Shown: positions 9,810-18,941 of the stretch, piece by piece
Layout: each line of letters begins with the position of its first letter
Numbering within the stretch: position 1 is the stretch's first letter
Notes under the pieces: model-generated
The model's input: only the letters and a program-made list of their open reading frames with translations
What the model was told of the DNA's origin: nothing
The model's database searches: none
NCBI RefSeq assembly: GCF_006345805.1
Contig: NW_021834044.1
Span: 1 to 36,309, forward strand
Direction of reading: 5' to 3'
DNA: 36,309 nucleotides
Origin: Octopus sinensis
Lineage: Eukaryota
Position numbers and translations under genes: made by a program

Positions 9810-9997
9810 CGGGTTTATTATCCCATTCTACTATTGGCACAAGGCATTAAATATTGAGGTAAGGGGAGTAGTCGATTACATCGACCTCAGTGTTTCACTG
9901 GTAGTTGATTTATCGACCCCGAAAAAATAAAAGGCTGAGTAGACCGGGGCAGGATTTGAACTCAGAACGTAAAGACAAACGAAATACCGCTAAGCAT
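9810..9997 (-). mobile_element. SINE family 2 variant (GGCACAAGGC tail type), diverged
   Basis: Contains GTCGATTACATCGACC..CTGGTA..TTTATCGACCCCGAA..TTTGAACTCAGAACGTAAAGAC, shared with other family 2 copies. Confidence 0.8.
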
Positions 9998-10030
<33 letters not shown>

Positions 10031-10050
10031 TTAATAATAATATAATGATG

Positions 10051-10107
<57 letters not shown>

Positions 10108-10226
10108 TGATAATAATAATAATAATAATAATGATAATAATAATAATGATAATAATAAAATAATAATATAATAATAATAATAATAATAATAATATAATAA
10201 TAATAATAATAATAATGATGATAATA

Positions 10227-10257
<31 letters not shown>

Positions 10258-10384
10258 AATATGATGATAATAATAAAATAATAATAATAATAATAATATA
10301 ATAATAATATTATAATAATAATATTAATAATAATAATAATAATAATAAATAATATTAATAATATAATAATAATAATGATGATAA

Positions 10385-10428
<44 letters not shown>

Positions 10429-10562
10429 TAATAAAATAATAATAATAATGATAATAATAATAATAATAATAATAATAAATTAATAATAATAATAACAGCG
10501 ATAACAACAACAACAACAGCAGCAACAACAACAGCAACAACAACAACAGCGGCAGCAGCAGC

Positions 10563-10649
<87 letters not shown>
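9998..10649. repeat. Long (TAA)n microsatellite with TGA variants and an internal (CAA/CAG)n block
   Basis: Direct reading. Confidence 0.98.
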
Positions 10650-10650
<1 letters not shown>

Positions 10651-10833
10651 TGCTATATAATTGAGGTTGCATGCCCCTTTGACACATGAATGGTCAAGAA
10701 GGAAGGCGAAAAGATACACAAGTAGAACCCTCTTAAATACGAAATAGCCCGGCTATGGGAAATGAAGAAGGCGAAGATAGTGCCAGTTATTGTTGGGTCC
10801 TTGGGAACAGTACCAGAAGGCATCAAGAGGAAT
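10650..10833 (+). mobile_element. Restriction-like-endonuclease (R4/Dong/NeSL-type) non-LTR retrotransposon C-terminal fragment
   Basis: CYIIEVACPFDT*MVKKEGEKIHK*NPLKYEIARLWEMKKAKIVPVIVGSLGTVPEGIKRN matches the RLE pattern (I.V.CPFD..KE.EK..KY..L..EI.RLW..VP.I.G.LG). It directly abuts the TAA array and is cut on the 3' side by a SINE. Confidence 0.85.
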
Positions 10834-11051
10834 TTTTATTCTTTTACTTGTTTCAGTCATTTTTTACTGCGGCCATGCTTGAGCACCGCCTTTAGTCGAG
10901 CAACTCGACCTCGGGACTTATTCTTTTGTATGCCCGGTACTTATTCTATCGATCTCTTTTGCCGAACCGCTAAGTAACGGGGACGTAAACACACCAGCAT
11001 CGGTTGTCAAGCAATGCTAGGGGGACAAACACAGACACACAAACACACACA

Positions 11052-11111
<60 letters not shown>

Positions 11112-11277
11112 TACGACGGGCTTCTTTCAGTTTCCGTCTACCAAATCCACTCACAAGGCATTGGTCGGCCCGAGGCTATAGTAGAAGACACTTGCCCAAG
11201 GTGCCACGCAGTGGGACTGAACCCGGAACCATGTGGTTGGTAAACAAGCTACTTACCACACAGCCACTCCTGCGCCT
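10834..11277 (-). mobile_element. SINE family 1, full length with internal (TA)n
   Basis: Reverse-complement match to 2496-2971. Confidence 0.92.
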
Positions 11278-11324
11278 ATATAAAGGAATATAAAGGAAAT
11301 TGGAATAGGGAGCCCAGTAGAGCT

Positions 11325-11523
11325 GCTACGTAGTTCTCTGGGAGATTCAGAATGACACAGAAAGGGACAAGTCTGGTCCTTTGAATTACAACTACTACTC
11401 ATTTTTGCCAGCTGATTGGACTAGAAGCAACGCGAAATAGTGTTTTGCGACGTACCACCAGGAATCGAACTCACAACCATAGGATCGTGAGTCGAACACC
11501 CTAACCGCTAAGCCACGCGTCTT
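11325..11523 (-). mobile_element. SINE family 3 (tRNA-like head), internally deleted and 3'-truncated
   Basis: Head GCGTGGCTTAGCGGTTAG..GAGTTCGATTCC; the body matches 16501-16563 at roughly 80% by eye. Confidence 0.8.
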
Positions 11524-11635
11524 CAGTTTTTTTTTGTTTTGTTTTTTTTTTTTGTCGGAGAAACTTAATTCCTTAGTCAATTCAGAGTTGCTTCCCTTTG
11601 GTATCTGGTACTGACGAGAAAGAAATATGCTCACA

Positions 11636-11861
11636 TATTTAAGGCGGTGAGCTGGCAGAAACGTTAGCACGCCGGGCGAAATGCTTAGCAGTATTTCCTC
11701 TGCCGCTACGTTCTGAGTTCAAATTCCGCCGATGTTGACTTTGCCTTTCATCCTTTTGGGGTCGATAAATTAAGTACCAGTAACGCACTGGGGGCGATAT
11801 AATCGACTTAATCCCTTTGTCTGTCCTTGTTTGTCCTCTCTGTGTTTAGCCCCTTGTGGGT
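11636..11861 (+). mobile_element. SINE family 2, full-length monomer
   Basis: Head GAGCTGGCAGAAACGTTAGCACGCC, conserved body, and a perfect 15-bp TSD AGAAATATGCTCACA (11621-11635, 11862-11876). Confidence 0.93.
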
Positions 11862-12596
11862 AGAAATATGCTCACACACATAAAGAGAAACAGAGAGGAG
11901 AGAGAAAGAGAGGCAGGGTGAGAGAGAGAAATGGAGAGAGAGGGGGAGGCATTGCCCATAGAATATAATTAAATACACACACACACACACAGAAGCAAAG
12001 AGTGACTGTAATTTGTCAGTTGAACATTATTAATATAAACTCTTTCTCTCTCAGCCACATTGAAGAGAAATATACTGATACATATAGAGAGAGGGTGAGA
12101 GAGAGGATTGGAGGCAGAGAAGATGAAAGAGAGTGAGAGAGTATGGGGGAGAGAGATGGATAGGCCGAGGCACAGAGAGAGGGACAGAAATATTACAATT
12201 TTGGCTGAGATAAACATTCTTCTCATAACACAAAAAGAGGAAAATGCTTGTAGCTATTAACGGAGTGTCGGGAAGAGGCAGGGCTACAACGGGAGAAGCA
12301 TTAATACGACTGGCGTTTAAAAAATCAGCGTTGAACCACCGCTGCCAAATAAACGATGTCAACACGTCCTCTACCCTTATATTATACTGGCAACTGAGCT
12401 CGGTTTCACCCGGTCTGTTTGGATGATGTGGCTGTGATCGTTTTCGGTTAGGCATAATCTATAACAGCGTTTGTCAACTTTATCATTACGGGTCCCCTGT
12501 TTCGATTGGAGTCTCCAGCTATATGAAAATTTCTTGACCCCACTCTGTCAGAAAACAGCTTCTAAGCAACTGATTGTTTTAATGGCGGAAAGAGGG

Positions 12597-12985
12597 AAAG
12601 TCCATTATAAAAAGTTTTAATCAATTTTCTCGGTAAGTATGGGGGTTAGGAAAAAAATACAAACTGCATTCCAACCTATGCACCCACCCCCACATGTGTG
12701 CCATTTTTCACGTAAATCCACCCAGCCGTTTGGCGGTGAACCTTAAGACATCACCCCGTGGCAGAAGGAAGAGAGAAATTCCATTATAAAAAGTTTTAAT
12801 CAATTTTCTCGGTAAGTATGGGGGTTGGGAAAAAAATACAAACTGCATTCCAATCTATGCACCCGTCTCCACATGTGTGCCATTTTTCACGTGAATCCAT
12901 CCAGCCGTTTGGCAGTGAACCTCAAGACAAGAAAGAACACAACGATCGCCCATGTCCAATTTATATTATAGATTTTCTAAATGCA
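12597..12985. repeat. Direct duplication of a ~150-bp unit (179-bp period), possibly a non-autonomous Helentron-like element
   Basis: 12597-12749 and 12777-12928 are about 90% identical by eye. The TTTCACGTRAATCCAYCCAGCCGTTTGGC motif and terminal ATTATAGATT recall HINE/DINE-1-like ends (from memory). The duplication is certain; the class is not. Confidence 0.5.
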
Positions 12986-13161
12986 GCGTATTGGACATAA
13001 GTTTATTGTCTTAGAATCTACAATCACCGTATTACTACAAAACCTTTTTGTCTACTCCTGGGGTCCATTCATAGCCACAACGCTACTTTCTCAGCCTCCA
13101 TAGTCACTGTAATGGCTACCAACGTCGTTTTTGTCAGAACCTACGACGTCAAAATATAATA

Positions 13162-13600
13162 CAGGGTGCATTCTAGAAGTTTTGAAACTTGGTCAGGAGA
13201 GACATTTATTCATTTCAAACAAGTACAAAACTCTATTCTCCTTCAACGTAGGGTCCTTTGACTTCAATTCACTTGCTGTAGTACTCCAGCCACTTCGTGA
13301 AGGCCCTATGGAAGCCCTCCAAAATTGAAGGTGTCCAGGATCCTCGTCACAGCCTCCTTCATTTTCTCCATTAGGGAGCAAGGTCCGGACTGAGGGTGTG
13401 ATGCCCATCTCTGTCAGAATAGGGGACTGGTGCAAGTGGTCCTTTTATAAGTATCCTGACCTTATATGATGAAATCTCTTCCTGAACTCCCTCAAACCTC
13501 CACAAAGTATTTTGTTGATGTGTCCGGCCAGGGGAAAGCCAGCAGATTCCCTTATTGTCAAAAAAGGGGGAACATCAAGAGTGCCTCTATGGAGCTTATT
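13162..13600 (-). mobile_element. mariner-type transposon fossil: transposase C-terminal half with deletions plus 3' TIR
   Basis: Minus-strand pieces read KYFVEV, LREFRKRF, LTEMGI, LSPDLAP, EKMKEAVTRILDTF and FHRAFTKWLEYYSK*IEVKGPYVEGE*. TA plus CAGGGTG.. terminus at 13160-13170. Confidence 0.85.
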
Positions 13601-13863
13601 CTTCCAACAAACCTCGGTGACCCAACAATCATTAAGGCCCATTGCTCATAGCATTCACACCAATCCAAAAGACACATTTGTCATCTTACGTTGTGTTCCG
13701 TAACATTTCGGAAATCTTTGTGAAATATCTTCTCCTTCATGCTTGTCAGGTTATAATTTTCATCGTGACATTCAGACTAAACACACACACACACACACAC
13801 ACACCGACTTCTTTACTTCATCTCAACCTCAACATCACCGTTGTCTCCATCTTCGTAACATTT

Positions 13864-13895
13864 CCGCCATTTTACTGCTGAAAAAAACTTCCGGT
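13864..13895. promoter_or_regulatory. YY1-like (CCGCCATTTT) and ETS-like (ACTTCCGGT) motifs
   Basis: Motif matches at 13864-13873 and 13887-13895; no functional evidence. Confidence 0.25.
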
Positions 13896-13979
13896 GTATT
13901 TCGTAGAATTTTCGCTACCATCGTAAATTCCACCAACGCCACCTATACCTAACACCTCTCCACTATTCCTTTCACAATC

Positions 13980-14215
13980 TCTCTTTCACTCTGTCTCTCT
14001 CCCATTTTCTCACTCTCTTTCCTCATCCTTTCTCCCCAACCTTCTCTACCTTTCTTCCTTTCTCTCTCTTTCTCTCTCTCTCTACTCTCCTCTCTCTTCT
14101 TGTCTCCTCCTTCATCCTCTACCTCCTCTACCTCCTCTACCCCCTCTCTTCTCTCTCTGTCTCACTCTTTCTCTCCCCTCTCTCTATCTCGTACTCTTGT
14201 CTCTTTCTCCTCTTC

Positions 14216-14246
<31 letters not shown>

Positions 14247-14262
14247 CTCTCTCTCTCTCTCT
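13980..14262. repeat. (CT)n/(CTTT)n pyrimidine tract
   Basis: Direct reading. Confidence 0.92.
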
Positions 14263-14424
14263 TAATTTTGCCTTTGTAAATATTTCAGCCTCTTATGTAA
14301 CATTTCCGCTGTCTTTAAACAGTTTCCGCCTTCATTGCAAAACCGGAGAGACGTTCGTTCCGGATTTCCTTAAGACTTATGTCAATGTGAAAATCAACGC
14401 TGGCTGTTGATTTTCATTGAGCCT

Positions 14425-14429
14425 TATCC

Positions 14430-14506
<77 letters not shown>

Positions 14507-14526
14507 GTTATCTATCTGTCTATCTA
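14425..14526. repeat. (TATC)n array, 5' flank of LINE copy C
   Basis: Direct reading; carries the variant string CTAGTTATCTATCTGTC. Confidence 0.97.
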
Positions 14527-15576
14527 TGACTTCAACACAACCAAAGCATTCTATAGGGGTTTAGTGGAGGGGAGGTACGACGACGAGCTCGGGGCGAACC
14601 TGGACGTCGACGAGGAGTACCTGACCCGCCTGTTCGGGACGACTTTCGGGCCAGGGCCCATGGACAACTTCCAGAGATCCCTGGCCTGGCAGTGCTACCG
14701 AGAAGCGCTACCCGTTCGGGATAAGCTCTACAGACACGGCTCGAGAAACACGGGGCCGACCTGCCCGAGATGCAGTCAGAGCGACGAAACCGTTCTGCAC
14801 GCACTCGTTCAGTGTCCAACAATTTCCGACCTGTGGGCTTATGTCGAACAACTGCTGTCACGTGTGGGACGAGTCGGTTTATCAGCTGAGTCTATCGTCA
14901 ATATTGTCACGCCTCCTTCCTTCAAACGGGAAGGAAGAGCTATTTTCATCATCCTTGTGGCTATGGCGAAAGAATGTATCTGGTGGACGCGTCTGAAAGG
15001 ATTGGAGACAAACACTTTCCTCTCTGGTCAATCTCTCATCAACTTCTTCAAGTACCACTTGAAAAGGAAAGTGAGAGTAGAGAGGCAAGTTTTGTCTAGC
15101 GAATGTTTTAAAAAAAGATGGGTGAATGTAGCAAGAATGGCACGTATGAATGACGAAGCCACCTTGAGCATAGTCCTATGAACCCAGAAATCGAAAACAG
15201 AGAGTTGCTTATTTGCAAAAAAAAAAAAAAAAAAAAAAAAGAAATATAAAATGTGACTTCATTGACCGAGGTTACCGTGGTCTTTTCCGCAGGCTTTTCT
15301 TTCCACGGGTAAACCTCACCTGTCCTCCCCTTTACACTTCATATTGACATTTCTGTGATAACGATCCCTATTGATCTTTTTTTTTTCCTCTCCCCCCCTT
15401 TTTTTTTTTTTTTTTAACCCCCCTTATTTTTGTCCTCTTTCTCTCCTTTTACGATCCCTTTTGATCGAACCTCCCCCTTCCTTCTTTTTTTTTTTTTTTT
15501 TAATACCGTCAAAAGAAAAGCTCTACCTTGTAATTTGTTCTATCTGTGTGCAGCCCTGTGTGGCTAATAAAGAAAC
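14527..15576 (+). mobile_element. Tx1-like LINE copy C, 5'-truncated (ORF2 C-terminus and 3' UTR)
   Basis: Near-identical to 32250-33301. Open frame DFNTTKAFY..CPRCSQSDETVLHALVQCP..LSIVL* (stop 15179-15181); ends AATAAAGAAAC followed by TATC repeats. Confidence 0.95.
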
Positions 15577-15577
15577 A

Positions 15578-15625
<48 letters not shown>

Positions 15626-15628
<3 letters not shown>

Positions 15629-15707
15629 TTTTTTCTCCCCCAAAAGAAAAGCTCTACCTTGTAACTTGTCCCATCTGTGTGCAGCCCTGTGTGGCCAATA
15701 AAGAAAC
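15626..15707 (+). mobile_element. ~80-bp 3'-terminal piece of a sister variant of the Tx1-like LINE
   Basis: T-run + CTCCCCCAAAAGAAAAGCTCTACCTTGTAACTTGTCCCATC..GGCCAATAAAGAAAC; differs from the main family at several diagnostic sites. Confidence 0.9.
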
Positions 15708-15722
15708 TTATCTATCTATCCA

Positions 15723-15852
<130 letters not shown>

Positions 15853-15864
15853 GTTATCTATCTG

Positions 15865-15907
<43 letters not shown>

Positions 15908-15932
15908 CTATCTATCTATCTATCTATCTATC

Positions 15933-16013
15933 TTTTTTTTCTCCCCCAAAAGAAAAGCTCTACCTTGTAACTTGTCCCATCTGTGTGCAGCCCTGTGTGG
16001 CCAATAAAGAAAC
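15933..16013 (+). mobile_element. Second ~80-bp 3'-terminal piece of the sister variant
   Basis: Identical to 15626-15707 apart from T-run length. Confidence 0.9.
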
Positions 16014-16088
<75 letters not shown>

Positions 16089-16194
16089 ACTGCCTGTCTA
16101 CCTGTCCCTCTTTCTCATTCTTTTTGTCTGTCTGCCTCTCTCTCTCTCTATGTATCTATCAGTGTATCTGTCTATCTGTCTCATTCTCCCTGTA

Positions 16195-16226
<32 letters not shown>

Positions 16227-16252
16227 ACTGTATATCTGACAGTCTATCTATC

Positions 16253-16283
<31 letters not shown>

Positions 16284-16295
16284 CTATCTATCAGT

Positions 16296-16680
16296 GTGTG
16301 GAGGCGCAATGGCCCAGTGGTTAGGGCAGCGGACTCGCGGTCGTAGGATCGCGGTTTCGATTCCCAGACCGGGCGTTGTGAGTGTTTATTGAGCGAAAAC
16401 ACCTAAAGCTCCACGACGCTCCGGCAGGGATGGTGGTGATCCCTGCTGTACTCTTTCACCACAACTTTCTCTCACTCTTACTTCCTGTTTCTGTTGTACC
16501 TGTATTTCAAAGGGCCGGCCTTGTCACACTCTGTGTCACGCTGAATATCCCCGAGAACTACGTTAAGGGTGCACGTGTCTGTGGAGTGCTCAGCCACTTA
16601 CACGTTAATTTCACGAGCAGGCTGTTCCGTTGATCGGATCAACCGGAACCCTCGTCGTCGGAACCCACGGAGTGCTTCAT
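16296..16680 (+). mobile_element. SINE family 3, full length (tRNA-derived head)
   Basis: Box A TGGCCCAGTGG and box B GGTTTCGATTCC, followed by a ~300-bp body shared in part with 11325-11523. Confidence 0.85.
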
Positions 16681-16703
16681 CTATCAGTGTATCTGTCTGT
16701 CTG

Positions 16704-16756
<53 letters not shown>

Positions 16757-16989
16757 CTATCCATCTATCTATCTACTCACACCCACACGCACACACGTAG
16801 GCAGTCATTGCTTATTTCCCTGCGTTGCGTGTGGGGGGGTACATTTCAGCCCATGCTCATTACAAGCACATAATCTGCTCCGTGTGCATTCCTATGCACT
16901 TGCCTACCTGCACATACTACTGTGGCCTCATCACTGCGCATGTGCACACTGCTGTTTCGGTTTCTATTAATTGTTCTTTTATTCCAGTA

Positions 16990-17330
16990 TTCCTTTGCTA
17001 TTTTTAGTCGTTTGGTTGTGGCCATACTGGAGCACCGCTTTGAACGGTTTTCTAGTTGAACAAATCGACCCCAGGTCTTATTGGTACTTATTTTATCGGT
17101 CGCTTTTGGCAAACTGCTAATGTTATGGGGACGTAAACACACCAGCATCGGTTGTCAAGCGATGGTGGGGGACAGACAAAGGCACAAACACACACACACT
17201 CACACATATAAATACACACACCCACATACACACACACAGACACACACTTATATACATACATATATGTATGTGTGTATATATATATATATATATAATATAT
17301 ATATATATATAAATACGCATTTCTAAGTAA
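16990..17330 (-). mobile_element. SINE family 1, 3' half plus internal microsatellite, diverged
   Basis: GGGGACGTAAACACACCAGCATCGGTTGTCAAGC and GGAGCACCGC match the family 1 3' half in reverse. Confidence 0.85.
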
Positions 17331-17338
17331 CATTGTTC

Positions 17339-17411
<73 letters not shown>

Positions 17412-17544
17412 TTATTTTTTAATTTTTTTTATCTAGTTTCAGCTCACGAGCTGTGGCCATGCTGGGGCACCGCCATGTATATATATATATATATACACGG
17501 TATTTTTATATGAGCTTAAAGCTCATGTATATATATATGTGTGT

Positions 17545-17784
17545 GTGTGTGTGTGTTTGTGTTTGTCCCCCTAGCATTGCTTGACAACCAATGCTGGTGT
17601 GTTTACGTCCCCGTCACTGAGCGGTTCGGCAAAAGAGACCGATATAATAAGTACATGGCTTACAAAAGAATAAGTCCCGGGGTCGATTTGCTCGACTAAA
17701 GCCGGTGCCCAAGACAACACACAGTGGAACTGAGCCCGGAACCATGTGGTTGGGAAAGAAGCTTCTTACAACACAGCCACGCCT
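17545..17784. mobile_element. SINE family 1 inverted chimera: plus-strand 3' half joined to minus-strand head
   Basis: The orientation switches at about 17705-17712 (GGTGCCCAAG). Confidence 0.8.
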
Positions 17785-17800
17785 AGGACTTTAGTATTTC

Positions 17801-18520
17801 TCGAGATAAACTCTACAGGCGCGGATGTGCTGTCAGACGAACTTGTCCGAGGTGCGCGCAGAATGACGAAACCATTCTGCACGCCCTCGTTCAGTGTTCG
17901 GGCATTGCTGACTTGTGGGGTCATATCGAAAAGCTGCTGTTGCGTAGAGGACGGATCCGTCTGTTGGCTGAGTCTGTAGTGATGATCACACCTCCGCCCT
18001 CCTTCAATCGAGTAGGCAAGGCCGTTTTCCTTTGCCTGGTGGCTGTGGCGAAAGAGGTTGTTTGGTGGACAAGGCTGAAAGGCATGAGGACAGATACATT
18101 CCTCTTTGGTAAAGCTCTCATTGGCTTTTTCAAGTTTCACTCGAAAAGGAAATTGAGAGTGGAGAGGGAAGAGCTGTCCTCGAGAGAGTTTATTGAAAGG
18201 TGGGCGAAAGTCGCGAAAATGGCAAGAGTGGATGGTCCCTCTGTAAGTGTAGACCTGTGAGTTGGAGAGAAGGAATTGGAGAGGACATTCGCTCTTGGGG
18301 TTTCCGGGAAATCTGAGACAGTAAGGTTCCTCGACTATCCCTGGAGGCCTTCCTGTATCAGGAGGGCCACGTCTCTGTCATCCTCCCCACCTCTTATTTG
18401 TAACCCTTATAATCCTGTGCATTTGTCCCTTCTTTTTCAGTGTATACCATGCATACTTCCTTTCTTTCTTTTTTATCAGTTATATTTTTATCATATGCCT
18501 CTCTTTGTATTGCCCTCCCC
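17801..18520 (+). mobile_element. Diverged sister Tx1-like LINE, 5'-truncated (ORF2 C-terminus and 3' UTR)
   Basis: RDKLYRRG..CPRCAQNDETILHALVQC..WWTRLKG..SVDL* (stop 18258-18260) is colinear with the main-family C-terminus at roughly half identity by eye. The 3' boundary is uncertain. Confidence 0.88.
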
Positions 18521-18591
18521 ATCTTCCTCTTCTTCTTCTTCTTCTTCTCTTCTTCTCATTATTATTATTATTATTATTATCATTATTATTA

Positions 18592-18652
18592 ATGCGGCGA
18601 GCTGGCAGAAACGTTAGCTCGCCGGACGAAACGCTTAGCGGCATTTAGTCCG
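18592..18652 (+). mobile_element. SINE family 2 head, interrupted by the TATC array and LINE copy A
   Basis: GCGGCGAGCTGGCAGAAACGTTAGCTCGCC..GGCATTTAGTCCGTCT; the apparent remainder is at about 24889-24990. Confidence 0.8.
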
Positions 18653-18654
18653 TC

Positions 18655-18721
<67 letters not shown>

Positions 18722-18722
18722 C
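18653..18722. repeat. (TATC)n array, 5' flank of LINE copy A
   Basis: Direct reading, about 17 units. Confidence 0.97.
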
Positions 18723-18941
18723 TACACAATGGACGGACGCTAGTCATATCGGCTCCAAGTAAGTTGGCCACTTTTACATGTTTAAAACTCCTTGTTGTCA
18801 AATATTTTGTTTTAATCGTTGTGCAAATTCATTCACTAAAAAACCTGAGATTATTCACGTAGAATTCCGCCCCTGTATGGGCGAAATTACAAAAAAAACT
18901 TTCAAACTTTCGTGGGTTTTTAGCCATTTTTCATTTTGAAA

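Noticed and set aside
12051-12455. 134-aa minus-strand ORF as a gene
   Set aside because: No recognisable domain, weak splice signals, and the C-terminal half is translated CT-repeat.
14417-15181. 254-aa ORF as a host gene
   Set aside because: It is a chance in-frame fusion of TATC repeats (LSIY) to the LINE ORF2 C-terminus, with a non-ATG start.
16296-16380. tRNA gene (also 11450-11523)
   Set aside because: Box A/B are present, but there is no convincing cloverleaf and the sequence continues into a SINE body.
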